DNA of 63,992 nt, filler included, from Aduncisulcus paluster (Eukaryota): NCBI GenBank assembly GCA_024181965.1. It is 7 parts of 7 records of this genome, joined end to end, with 100 filler letters (N's around TTAATTAATTAA, not from the genome) between each part and the next. Parts side by side here need not be neighbours in the genome. Positions count along the whole stretch, not along the records: positions 1 to 16,613 come from BQXS01009744.1; positions 16,714 to 27,938 come from BQXS01009746.1; 5 more parts are not named here. One strand, 5' to 3'. A model generated the notes under the pieces. The model was not told where the DNA came from and did not search any database. It saw nothing but the letters and a program-made list of their open reading frames with translations. The position numbers and the translations under genes are program-made. Of this stretch, positions 11,601 to 23,137 are shown one piece after another (position 1 is the first letter of the stretch; each line of letters opens with the position of its first letter).

Positions 11601-14600
11601 TGTTTGTGATAACCCCAGTGGTGCAACGGTTAATCTAGTATCCGTATCTACAGATCTAACCTCTCAGCTCGTTAGCATTACATCCCCTTATTCTTCTGAT
11701 TTCTATCTCTCTGATGTTAGTTTTTACTCTCCCACCACTATTTCTTCCAGTGCTAGTGTTACTCTGAACGATAGTTCCTTTTATTCTTTGACTATTGACG
11801 CTACCTCTGTGAATGTGAGTACATCTTCCATTTCTGTAACCAATGATACCGTTGTTACATGTGATAATTTCACCTCTTTGTCTGGTATTACAAGTGATTC
11901 CTTGTCTATTGTTGGTTCTGACATCAAAATTGGTGGGATACTAAATGTTATTGTTGTCTATGTTGAAGGAAGTTCCCTTGGTCCCGTTAATGGAGTAAGT
12001 TCTGTTAATTTTGGAAACTCCAACACGACATCTATTGATATCATTGTTGATGATATTCTTGATACCAGCGATGGAGTGTTCATTTTCAGAACAACCGATT
12101 ATATTTACTTTTCTATCTCTAATGGATGGTCGTATCAATATTCTTCAATCACAGCATCTTCTTCCGTGGAGTTTGATTGTCAGGGAGCTCTCTCCATTGA
12201 AAAATCCTTGAGTATACTTACAGCCGACCTCATTATGGCTTCATCCACTTCTATTTCCTCTTCTCAATCCATCAGTGCCTACAATATTAGCATAACTACC
12301 GACACACTTACCGTTAATGAGGCGTTGAAAGCTACTGACACCTTGACCATAGTTGCTTCCTCTGCCTCGTTTGCCCCTGCCTATAAACTAACTGCTCCCA
12401 CGGCTTCCATCACTGCTCCTTCCTACATTTCCTATGGTTCTATTGCTGTCGGAGATTTGACAAGTACAAGTTCTACCAACAATTTCCTGGGAACATCATC
12501 AGGGTCTATTTCAAGCCTCACTGTGACTGGTGATGTCACATTTGCTAATGCTCCCTATTTAGAGATAGATTCCCTCAATATTTCTTCATGTTCAGACTTT
12601 GTTGTGAATAATCCAATCAAGCTTGCCTCTGCCACAATCTCAGCCACTGATATCACCATATCTTCGAATATATCTGTTAGTGATATTTACACTGGTTTGC
12701 TTTCCTTTACTTCTGTGAATTCTTTTCTACTCGATACAAGTGGGTCAATTTCTGGATCTTACAAAAACGTTACAATAACATCAGCCAGTGATATTGAGCT
12801 TCGTGGTGACATTTCAACAAATAATACACTATCGATATCCACAGATACAGCATTGGAACTTACCGGTTCTGAACTTAGTGGTGGGACAACTTCCCTTGTA
12901 TGTGGTGGTAATTATACAATGGATTCGAGTTCTTCTGTGTCTCAAACAAGCTCATCAGGAACTCTCTCTTTCACTGCCGTATCAGGTGAGTTTAATGGAA
13001 CTGTTACAGCCTCTGGAACCACATCGATTACTTTGTCAGATGCCATGACTGGAACCAATGGAAAAATCACAAGTAATAATTCCCTCACTATCAATGCCAC
13101 TATAATTAATACCTCAAATGACTTTTCTGGAAATTCACAACTCCAACTGACATCCTCATCTGGAGGTATTCGCGGAAATTCTTTTAACTCAGGAGCAGGA
13201 AATGTTATTATCAACTCAAAAGGTACCTTTATCACCGATGATGCTACAACCCCTCTCATCTCTTCGGCTGGTGGAGATTTTCGTGTGACAGCTCCTTGCG
13301 TTCAATTGAGTAGTTCAAAGAACTTAACTGCTGATGCGGAGGTTAATTTCACCCTTAATTCTTCGACTCAAGGTTCAAATATTTCACAAAATATTGTTTC
13401 CTCAACCATTTCCATCAAGCAATTAAAGAACACTTTAGATATTAATTCCAAGATAGGTGATACACTTGCGACATCCATTGCCATATCAGCCCTTGAACTT
13501 AATATTGGTGAATCTTCTCCACAATCTAATACCATGAAGGTCTTTGGAAGCACTTCTCTTGGTGTCATCACTTTGATAGGAATAGATTCCCTCAATATCT
13601 ACAAAGATTTGGACTCTTCTGCTGAAGTTTCTGCTGCAACTATTACCCTTCAATCAGATGATGAAGTTAATATTTATACATCATCCATTTCTGGAAAATC
13701 TTGTATCATAAACGCCGATAGTTTCTCGTCAGAATCTAGTTCTTCCTTATCCTGTAGTACTTCGCTCACAATGAGTATTGGAACTGAAGCTGATATCGCC
13801 TTTGATATTGATGAATCATCAAGTGATTTCTCTTTCATTAATCCACTTGCATCCTTGACAATTTCTGGTGATCTTGACTTCTACTCAACGACTATTAGTG
13901 CCGATTCCATCTCAATTGACGATGGTCAAATCGATAGTTCATCCATATCACTGACTTCGAATGGTGGGGGTATCTCAATCAACAATGCATCAGAAATTAC
14001 TGGTGGTAGTCTCTCTTTGTTTACAACCAGTGGTTCGGGAGATTCTGTTAGTATCCAAAATTCTTCTATTGTTGATATTACCTCCTCTCTCCTCATTAAT
14101 TCAGTTGGCGATGTGACCATTGGTTCCAACGTTTCGATTGAGGCCGACGGAAATGTAACAATATATAGTGAAGCTCTTCAAGTTGCTTCCTATGTTGCTA
14201 GTGGTGCTACCCAAAAAATAACTCTCGATGTTACATCACTCACGCTAACAGGACAATTATTAGCTAAAACAATCGTTGGTAATGCTTCTAGTACTATTGA
14301 CATAAGTGGAGGAACTCTTACCTCAACAACTCTGAGTCTACCTTCTTGTTCTTCCTTTTCTTCATCTTCCTCATCCTCTTCACTCACTGCTACGAGTAAT
14401 ATTACGATTGAATGCACTGGAGCAATCACGTTTTCTTACTTAAACTCTGGAATTACCTTGGGTTCTCTTTCCCTCACAAGTCTTAATAGCTATATTTATC
14501 TGGGAAATTCAGTGAATTCATCGGAAATTCTCCTTTCTGCTGGTGGAAATGTTACTGTTAATGACTCATTAGACAGTAGTGGAAATGTAAATATAAGTGG

Positions 14601-16613
14601 GGCAATTATTTCTGTTGCTGATATTGAATGTTCTAAACTTACTATTGAGGGTGATGACAATGTGTCGTTGGCCAATGTTGATGCATCTGGCAATATCATT
14701 GTTGAAAGTGGGAATGATCTAAGTTTAGGATCCGGAACTTCTATTTCTGGTGGTAGTATGACCTTGTATTCAGATACCTCAATAATTTCTCAGGGTAATG
14801 TTACTTTTGAATATTCTGGTGTGTTCTCTGCCACATCTCCAAGTGTTCAGTGTTCTGGTTGTACACTCTCAACCTCATCATCTGTTGAGGCAAATGTCAA
14901 GTCAACATCTTCTGATCTGGAGTTCGGTACCATCTCGGTGACCAGTGGAACAACTTCATTTACTTCGGCTTCAAACATTAGTATAGGAAATGGAACAGAT
15001 CATTCATGGGATGGATTGTGCCGTTTTATAACTCCAAATAACAAAACCCTCACATTTTCTAATAATTTTGTTGGATCTCAGTTAGAAATTGTTGGATCTA
15101 GTTCCTTCTCTGCCACTGGCTCTACTTTCGACCTGTCCACATTTAGTGGGACTCTCGATTCCATTGAAGTCCTTTCTCTTGTTATATCTTCATCCATCAC
15201 CGTATCGACTTCAAATGATATCACAATATCGCAATTAACAGTGACAAATTCTTCATCCTCTGCCGTCGCTAGTTTAACTTCAGGAGGTGATGTCGAAATT
15301 GCTAATCTTTATGAAGCTGACGATTTGACTATTTCTGGAGGTACCTGCTCAATTGGAACTGCCAATAGCTCCGGCTCAACCTTTCTCACTTGTGCATCAC
15401 TTGAAGTCACATCCCCTTCCACCTTTGGCGATATATCCGGTGTTATTACCGGCGATTCAACAATAGATGGTTCTTTGACATGTTCTGGAGATGCTACCTT
15501 TACTTTGGGTTCCAACACCTCATTTGCAGGGATTGAAGCAAATGATATTGATATTACTTCATCATCAGGAACCTTTGATTCAACTTATCTTACTGCATTA
15601 AATGCTCTGTCAATTACTTCAACAAGTGCATCTGCTATGGGATCATCAACATCTTCATGGTCTGGTGCTACATCCGTAGATATCAGTGTTACACTTGCAA
15701 ACATTGAATTGCTTGATTTGTCTTCCCAAAATGGAAGTGTTTCAGTTCAACAAACCTCGGGTACGGTTAACATCACTTCTATAACTTCTGGTTCATCGTT
15801 ATCCATTTCTTCCACCAGTGGCTCATTATCATCAAGTACTAGCGGTAGTTGGTATGCTGATGGTGACATTACTATTTCTGCTACTGGATCTGGTGGAACT
15901 GTTGACCTGAAAACGGTTGAATCCGCGCTCGGCTCTGTGACGATTAATGGGAAATCTGTTACTGTGGCCGGTTACCTCTCTGCCACTACCTCTGGTAAAG
16001 CTGTTTCCGTTACCTCCACCACAAGTTTTACTGGAACCAATGTTGTTCTTAACTCTCCATCTGTGAGCATCACGGCTCCAACTGGGATTTCCCTCGGAAC
16101 TATTACTACAATAGTCACATCTCTAAGTCTCAATACTAATGATTCACTTACTTTCAACAATGAACTAATTAATTCTGGTTGTGCCTTGACCCAGCTTGCC
16201 TTAGTGGGAGCTTCTGTTGAAATTAATAGTGGCATAATATGTACAGCAGCTGCCGTAACTGTTACATCTGGATCTTTTACAAAGTCTTCTACCAGTAATC
16301 TTTCTGTTTCAAGTCTTGATGTCGTTTCCTCTGGTGTCATTACCGTCGGGGGGCCTATTATTACCGCAACCACACTTAGTTTGAAGAGTACAAGTACCGA
16401 CAATACTTCCGCTCGATGTGCTATCCAGTCAGATGGTTCCCTTTCCAGTGCATCTGGTCCCATCACTGTTGATAGTTATTACACGTCTATTGCAGCTTCT
16501 GTCAGTGCATGTTCTAGTACCGCTCCTGTTGATTCCGATGGAGACATTAGCATTATACATCGTGGCTCGGCAACATTTGTCATCAACAGTGGCATTTGTG
16601 GTGATACTGTCAC
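8679..16613 (+). CDS. Giant Ser/Thr/Ile-rich secreted or surface protein, predicted beta-helix/adhesin-like; 3'-truncated
   Basis: ATG at 8679 starts a signal peptide (MKYRLFVIILIILQLFTFIYS). The ORF becomes continuous once the gap-flanking duplicates are collapsed (~2,380 aa) and runs into the contig end. It has a repetitive I-T/S-I-x-S strand pattern. Confidence 0.8.
9128..9983. repeat. Duplicated sequence flanking 20-N gap (unmerged overlap)
   Basis: 9128-9545 matches 9566-9983 across N 9546-9565. Confidence 0.9.
9719..10414. repeat. Duplicated sequence flanking 20-N gap (unmerged overlap)
   Basis: 9719-10056 matches 10077-10414 across N 10057-10076. Confidence 0.9.
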
Positions 16614-16713
16614 NNNNNNNNNNNNNNNNNNNNNNNNNNNNNNNNNNNNNNNNNNNNTTAATTAATTAANNNNNNNNNNNNNNNNNNNNNNNNNNNNNNN
16701 NNNNNNNNNNNNN
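16614..16713. other. Artificial contig linker
   Basis: N44-TTAATTAATTAA-N44, giving stops in all six frames. Confidence 0.98.
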
Positions 16714-16970
16714 TCTCTCAGATGTCGTCTCTGATGGATTCCTTGTTCTCCGGTGCTGGCATGTTTCCTTTCGCCCACTCCATGCGGTCTCGTCCCTCAG
16801 CCCCCAAGAATGGTGAGCCTGCATCCACCACCCCCGCTGCTGAGAATGTCTCCTCCGAAACACCATCTTGCATTCACACGGCATCTGCTGAAGAGCAAGG
16901 TCCATCCGAGTCTCAGAGCTCTGACGACGACAAAGAAGTGACCGTAGGAGAGGAGGAAGAGGACGAGTGA
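16714..16970 (+). CDS. 3' end of a gene truncated by the contig start (acidic, low-complexity tail)
   Basis: GC-rich open frame from the contig edge ending ...VGEEEEDE*, followed by AT-rich DNA. Confidence 0.5.
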
Positions 16971-17219
16971 AATCGAATGAGAAATGAACCGTTTACAGCT
17001 GTAAACCGTTTACTACATTTTGAATACTAATAAATTTCAGATCTTTTGAAGTTCACACATGAGTTACCAGAAACTTGGCACAATATATCCCAAATAGTGG
17101 CACATTCGAAACAGCCTGTTCATAACAAACAGTGCGATCACTGACAGCCGAAATATAAACAGAATGGCTCATGAGATGAGAATATATAACGAAAAAGTTG
17201 AAAAATCACCAAATGGGCT

Positions 17220-18077
17220 TCACTTTTCATCATTAACTTTACACAGGTTCTTAAACACATCACTAACATCACGAAGCATCTTATCAACATCGATATCAAG
17301 CTTTGATAATTTAAGCTCTGATTTAACCTTTTCAACCTCTTCCACAGCTTTAGGCAGAACACCATCAGATAGTTTGGCTGCTTTTGTTAATTTGGAAACA
17401 ACTTTCTCTAATTCTTTTTGTTTGGCCTTTTTTTCATCCAATTCGGCTTTCATTTGAGAGTATCTTTGGTGTGTGGCTGCAATCCCGGCCCTCCAAGTCA
17501 TCTCCACGTGTTTTGAAGCAACGATAAGTTCTGTAGGAGGTTCCTTCTTCTTTCCATAAAGTTCGTCAGAAGTATCAGAAGATATTTTCCCAAACAATTC
17601 GGTGGACTCTGCGATCATTCGTTCAACAAATGAAGAATAAAATGTTAAGTTCAATTCAATATCACGCATAACAGCCGCATCATGTTCTATTGCGCTTGTA
17701 AGATGCTTAAGTTCTGTGGAACGATCAGAAAGATTTTTTTTCAATATATCTTCTTGTTTATGGGCACGAGCTAATTTTCTCGAAATAGCATTGATTGAAG
17801 CAATGATGGCTGAAATTTCCTTCCCGGCAACTTGATCACCAGAAACAGCATTCTCTTCCTCCACCTCACTAAGGAAATGTTTCAATAGAAAACTAGATGG
17901 TTTTATCTGAGCTTCCGTAAACTCTCTTATACATAATGGACACACACTTCTAAACTTTGCAGCTTCTTTAATACATTGATGACAAAAAGTATGTCCACAA
18001 GGAAGATCAACTGGATGAGAAAGCATGGAGCAACAAATGGGGCACTCAAGAATTTCACTGATTTCAATAATATCCAT
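17220..18077 (-). CDS. RING-finger (C3HC4) protein with coiled-coil, putative E3 ligase
   Basis: CPICCSMLSHPVDLPCGHTFCHQCI...CPLC, followed by a heptad-rich C-terminus. Confidence 0.9.
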   Translation of the reverse strand: MDIIEISEILECPICCSMLSHPVDLPCGHTFCHQCIKEAAKFRSVCPLCIREFTEAQIKPSSFLLKHFLSEVEEENAVSGDQVAGKEISAIIASINAISRKLARAHKQEDILKKNLSDRSTELKHLTSAIEHDAAVMRDIELNLTFYSSFVERMIAESTELFGKISSDTSDELYGKKKEPPTELIVASKHVEMTWRAGIAATHQRYSQMKAELDEKKAKQKELEKVVSKLTKAAKLSDGVLPKAVEEVEKVKSELKLSKLDIDVDKMLRDVSDVFKNLCKVNDEK

Positions 18078-18384
18078 TTGTTAATTTTTTTATGATTATG
18101 AGATTGTAAATGTATCAAAACGATGGCTTCAAACGTTTTGGGAATAAGTTGCGAAAATGGAAACTAATTATAAACTAAAAGCCCATCGATAAATCTAAAA
18201 CTCATTGTTTAGATTTTTATATTACCATTTCACGTCAAACATAAAAGGCAAACTCACCCTAATCCCATTTTTTTGTTTTGGCAGTCCACCAAAACGAAAG
18301 TCGATTTTTTTAATTTATTAGTTTATTTTTTTCATCTTTATAGTTAATATCACAGAATCTAAGCTGAAATTTTGTAGAAGAACG

Positions 18385-19254
18385 ATGGGTATCATTTTGA
18401 ATATTCTATTCGTTGTGATGATCATAGTTCTTGGACTTGTAGGTGTTGTTGGTGTAAAATTATTTGGAATCTTGAAGGAAAATAGAGAAAATTTTAGAGT
18501 TGTGCTTGATAATGAAAGACTCCATGTTGTGACCGTCCCTGCTGGTGTTCTTCAGGCAAATTGTATATTAGTTGCCGATAAACTAAGTAAGAATGCTGTA
18601 ATTGTTGATGCTGGTGGAGATCCAGGGAAAGAATTTCTTTCTGTCATTTCAGACAATGGTTATTTTATTAAATACATTTTGGCGACTCATGCTCATTTTG
18701 ATCATGTTGCCGGGTTTTCAAAAATGAAGAAACGTTTCCCAGAAGCTAAGGTTGGAGTTCATATCAGTGATAAGGAGTTATATGTCGATGTTCCAAAACA
18801 ACCTGCCCTTTTCAATCTCCCTAAGATGGGATCCGTTCCCGACTGTGACATTCTTCTCAAGGACAAACAAATCCTTCATCTCGGTGCCATTGGCATTAAA
18901 GTTATTCATACTCCTGGCCATTCCCCAGGAGGAGTTCTTTTTGACATTGGTCCTGGTGACGTTTTGCTTACCGGAGACACCCTCATGATGGGAGGATTCG
19001 GACGAACTGACCTATGGGGAGGGAGTTCCAAGGCATTAGAGAAAAGTTTTTCAAAATTTTCAACATTTCCGGATGATATGATTATCGTGAGTGGACACGG
19101 ACCTGAAACAACAATTGGTTATGAAAGAAAATGGAATTTTTACAGCCATTTCATGAAATTTAAACAAAGATCTATTCCATCTGATACCACAAGGACTATA
19201 GATAGAGAGAAGAAAGAAGACAGTTTTGTTTCTAGTTCAAGGGAGTATTTATGA
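18385..19254 (+). CDS. Metallo-beta-lactamase-fold hydrolase (glyoxalase II / YcbL-like) with N-terminal membrane anchor
   Basis: THAHFDH (HxHxDH), HTPGHSPG, TGDTL, GRTDL and GHGPETTIG; the first ~28 aa are hydrophobic. Confidence 0.9.
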   Translation: MGIILNILFVVMIIVLGLVGVVGVKLFGILKENRENFRVVLDNERLHVVTVPAGVLQANCILVADKLSKNAVIVDAGGDPGKEFLSVISDNGYFIKYILATHAHFDHVAGFSKMKKRFPEAKVGVHISDKELYVDVPKQPALFNLPKMGSVPDCDILLKDKQILHLGAIGIKVIHTPGHSPGGVLFDIGPGDVLLTGDTLMMGGFGRTDLWGGSSKALEKSFSKFSTFPDDMIIVSGHGPETTIGYERKWNFYSHFMKFKQRSIPSDTTRTIDREKKEDSFVSSSREYL

Positions 19255-19507
19255 TTTTTTTGACAATCCAATTAATATTTTTTTAACTCTATCGGTTTAT
19301 TTAATAAATTGGATCTATTATTTCGAATTATTTGTTTTCTTTATATGTGAATTTCACATTGTGAAAGAAATTCAACATTTTTTACTCCCACTGGGATATC
19401 TATTGCATTAGATACATTTATTTCGGTGGTTTAGATACCTCAACGGATATAAATTATGGTATGTTATATTTTACTATCTAATCCAACGATATCTATCAAA
19501 GATAGAC

Positions 19508-20158
19508 CTATCTAGATTCGGATATAAATGCTTTCTTCGATTTTCCAAGGACTATTGGTCTAAGGAAATCAAACGGAACATAATTGTATTCAACCCACTT
19601 TTTATATTCGCTTGAGAATGTCGAAACTACAACTACGACCAAATAAATAATGAGAATTGGCCAATAGACTGGAATGTCTAATATGGGGAAGAAAGTACAG
19701 ATAAAAGCAATGGTATGTGCCTTTACAAGGAGCCACCAGAACTTAAATTCAGGCAACTTCGGAATAAAAGGTTTATACTCGTCATCATCTCTCTCGTCAT
19801 CCCTAGTTGGGAGACGTAACATATCTACGGACAATCCCTCCTCATCTTTATCCTGAAGCATATCCACAGGCATTTTGTTTGGCGTTAGAACCAGTAAAAG
19901 ATGAACTATTGTATAAACATAGAGACAATACATGACAAGGACATAGTGGAAGGGAGCCGAGGATAATATACAACGGAGAATAAAAAGAAAAGCATAAATT
20001 CCAAGAACAATCCACCTTTGTTGTTTGTAGGGGATAGAAATATTCAAATATTTATCCAAGATCCTGTCAGTCCGAGCTTTGTATGTCTTCACTAACCTAG
20101 GTAAAGTAGTATCTTCTGGAAAGAATTTATGTTCTCTTCCTGAATCAGCAACATCCAT
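19508..20158 (-). CDS. RER1: Rer1, ER retrieval receptor
   Basis: EYKPFIPKLPEFKFW, DIPVYWPIL and YVPFD are Rer1 signature segments. First ATG is at 20158 (MDVADSG). Confidence 0.92.
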   Translation of the reverse strand: MDVADSGREHKFFPEDTTLPRLVKTYKARTDRILDKYLNISIPYKQQRWIVLGIYAFLFILRCILSSAPFHYVLVMYCLYVYTIVHLLLVLTPNKMPVDMLQDKDEEGLSVDMLRLPTRDDERDDDEYKPFIPKLPEFKFWWLLVKAHTIAFICTFFPILDIPVYWPILIIYLVVVVVSTFSSEYKKWVEYNYVPFDFLRPIVLGKSKKAFISESR

Positions 20159-20534
20159 TTGTGTATATTGATAAATGTGGGTATTGCCTAAAGGGTAGCA
20201 AGAAACTGACACATCAGAGAAAACGACCGATTGTGATAATGATGATATTACAAAGGGATCAATCTAATAATATTTTAAATTTTTATGAGAATTGCAATTA
20301 TTTTTTGAATTATTTCGATGATCTGACGAGCAAGTCATAAATACAGTGTTCTGGACAAGAGAGTGAGAATCGAAATCCCATTTCATTAAAATAAACAAAA
20401 AATTGTTTAATGCCAACGTCATTTTACTGATATTACAAATTGAACTCGAATCCACATCCCAAAATCAGCCTTTGGCGGACTTCTTCAAATATATAACCTT
20501 CTAAAGTGATCTTTTTTCTCAAAAAGACTCCAAA

Positions 20535-21662
20535 ATGACTGGTTTTGTCCTCCCGATTATCAATATTTGTGTTCCTGTTCTCCTTTTATTTTTTCTAGGC
20601 GTTTTCAGTGGATCTTTTGGACTTTTTGATAAATCGGCCCTAAATATTCTGAATAGATTCATCTTTTATATTGGTTTTCCTGCTTTAGTTTTTAATGCCT
20701 TAGGATCTAGTAATTTCGATGTCGAATACTTTTCCTACGCTGGAGTCTATCTCTCCGTAACTTTTTTTTCTTTGCTCCTTGGTATTGTGATATCGTTGTT
20801 TTCGAAAGCTCATCTTGAACAATTTGTAACAGTTTTCATGAGTGTATCTTGGGCCAATTATATTCTTATCGGACAGCCAATTATCATATCTATTTATGGA
20901 GAAGCCTATGAACTTATACCTGTTTACCAATCAGTTATTGCTTTGCTCATTCAACTTCCCATCTATGTCACCTTCTTTGAATTAATTAAAACACGCCGAG
21001 AACGGACTCAAATTTCCATTGAGATTACTGGGGAATCCCCAGTTGGGGATAATGAAATAATTCCTTCAAATAACCCGAAGACAATTGAAATGAAAATAAC
21101 TCCGGAACCACATAATAGCCAATCTCTCGATTTAGATGAGCGTTCCCAAACCCGTCCCGTTTCTTTGACTGTTTGTCAAGGTATTATAAAGAATCCCATG
21201 TTATTTGCTATGATTTTTGGAATTATTTGGGCTTTTCTTCCGTGGGATTTCCCCGAAATGGTGAGTAACTTCCTTGATTTCCTCTCAGGAGTTGTTACTC
21301 CCATTGGTCTTTTTTCCTTTGGTCTCTTTGTCGGTTGCCTCAAAGATATATTCGATATGAATGATTCAGCCGTGCACAAAGGACAGATATGGGCGTGGAG
21401 TATTCTGTTCGCCTTCCTTCGATCCCTTGTATGTCCATTTATCATTCTGTTTGTGATGAGAGTCCTTGGATTTGGGAAGATTGAGACCCACTGTGCCATG
21501 ATATCAGCAGGAAGTCCAGTTGCTGTCCAAGCCTTCAATTATGCCAGCGAATATAATGTATTCCCGGAGAGATATCCTTACTCATTATTGATAGAAGTTA
21601 TCATTCTTACACCTTGCCAATTCATATTCACAGCATGTGTCAATTCAATATGGGGGGAGTAG
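20535..21662 (+). CDS. Auxin efflux carrier (AEC/PIN-like) family membrane transporter
   Basis: 5+5 TM layout with a central loop; LNRFIFYIGFPALVF, KNPMLFA..G and GLFSFGLF. Confidence 0.85.
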   Translation: MTGFVLPIINICVPVLLLFFLGVFSGSFGLFDKSALNILNRFIFYIGFPALVFNALGSSNFDVEYFSYAGVYLSVTFFSLLLGIVISLFSKAHLEQFVTVFMSVSWANYILIGQPIIISIYGEAYELIPVYQSVIALLIQLPIYVTFFELIKTRRERTQISIEITGESPVGDNEIIPSNNPKTIEMKITPEPHNSQSLDLDERSQTRPVSLTVCQGIIKNPMLFAMIFGIIWAFLPWDFPEMVSNFLDFLSGVVTPIGLFSFGLFVGCLKDIFDMNDSAVHKGQIWAWSILFAFLRSLVCPFIILFVMRVLGFGKIETHCAMISAGSPVAVQAFNYASEYNVFPERYPYSLLIEVIILTPCQFIFTACVNSIWGE

Positions 21663-21681
21663 ATCAAAGAACAGTAGAGAA

Positions 21682-21725
21682 TAGTATAGTAGAGTAGAGT
21701 AGAGTATAGTAGAGTAGAGTATAGT
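21682..21725. repeat. Pentanucleotide microsatellite (AGAGT/ATAGT)n
   Basis: About nine tandem pentamers just after the AEC stop codon. Confidence 0.8.
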
Positions 21726-21806
21726 TTATACTAGATCTATATATAATTTATTATTGAACTTCGATAGAACAAGAAATGTCCATATTGATAGAAAAAATTA
21801 TCCAAT

Positions 21807-22585
21807 TCACCTCGGGTTAGAAAAGGCTTTTCTCAAAGAATAGAATTTTTTCTCAAAAGCTTTCTTAACAGATCTATCGAAACACACAAATACGACACAT
21901 TTTAATGTTTTATCACTTGTCTTCTTAATCCAATCGATTGTAGCAGTAACAGCAACTTCACAGGCACGTTTTACATCCTCCGAATAAGCATATGCACCAC
22001 ACGAGATTGCTGGAAAAGCAATAGATCTCATCTTAAGTCCGTGGAGTTCATCGAGACAAGATGTATAGCATGAAGCGAGTAAAGGATCATTCATTTTTGA
22101 CATTGGGCCAACCGTGTGGAATATAGAGGCACAAGGGAGTTTAAATGATTCAGACATACAACATTCTCCATATGAACATCCCCTTGGGTACTGCTCGACC
22201 ATTTGTCCAACCAATTCTTTTGCACCAGCACCACGATGGATGAATCCATCTACTCCACCACCTCCCCTCAATCTAATGTTGGCTGCGTTAACAATGGCAT
22301 CAACACCAAGGGTACAAATGTTCCCGGGGAATATGACCAATTGTACTCCCTCAACAATAATGGAATTACAACTTTCCAACTGAGCAAGAGTCTCCTTTGA
22401 GTGGGAATGCTTCATTTTTTCCTTAATTCTTTTAATCATAGAAACTCTGTCAAAGGTCTTGGCAGGTAGGGTATCTCTCCTTTCCTCCCCAAACCTGAAA
22501 ACATTTACATGAATCATTCATGGTGGTAAAATCACATAAAGATACGTTTTAGTGCTCAATTATCCCAAAAAAAAGTAACATACAT
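21807..22585 (-). CDS. MacroD-type macrodomain protein (ADP-ribose / O-acetyl-ADP-ribose hydrolase)
   Basis: DAIVNAAN..L.GGGGVDGFIH, HTVGP and SIAFPAISCGAY. The start is probably AT|G split by intron 22495-22583; an unspliced ATG exists at 22517. Confidence 0.88.
22495..22583 (-). other. Putative spliceosomal intron (89 nt)
   Basis: GTATGT...TTTTCAG on the minus strand. Splicing yields ATG TTT GGG GAG in the macrodomain frame. Confidence 0.6.
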
Positions 22586-23137
22586 CTTCACTATCGCCAA
22601 GAAAACGATTCAGCGGATGCATTTATTAGGGATAAAGCTTCATTAGGGAAGGGGAGATACTAAAAAGACAGAAATAAAAAGAGAAAAGAAAGGCATTGAA
22701 GGATATTAAAGGGTATATTAGGTGGTAACAGACTGACTGCAGTACGATAAAGTTTCAGACAAGAAGGATACTGATTGTAGTGTATTCAGCATAGAGACGA
22801 AGACACCGAAAGGCAAACTCTACCAAGTAAACAATGTAGTGAAAAAACTAGTGAACAAAAGTTGCACATAGTGTGTAACTAAAGAACCGAGGAGTAGGGA
22901 GGAATAGGTGTACGGTAACTTACCGATGATTGAATCAAACGATTCGGAATATATTATGGGATCCATCGGAGGAAAACATAAAATATGATGATTATTTTGC
23001 AATAAATATCATATTAATTTCAATAATATTTGATTTATTTTTGGAAATGATCCTTATCGCATTTTATTTTGTTTTTTACGCTTTGCATCAGTTAGAAACT
23101 TCAATCGATATTTTGATATAAGCATTTCATTAAAATC

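Noticed and set aside
16991-17006. 16-bp palindrome GTTTACAGCTGTAAAC
   Set aside because: It is a single short palindrome with no supporting context.
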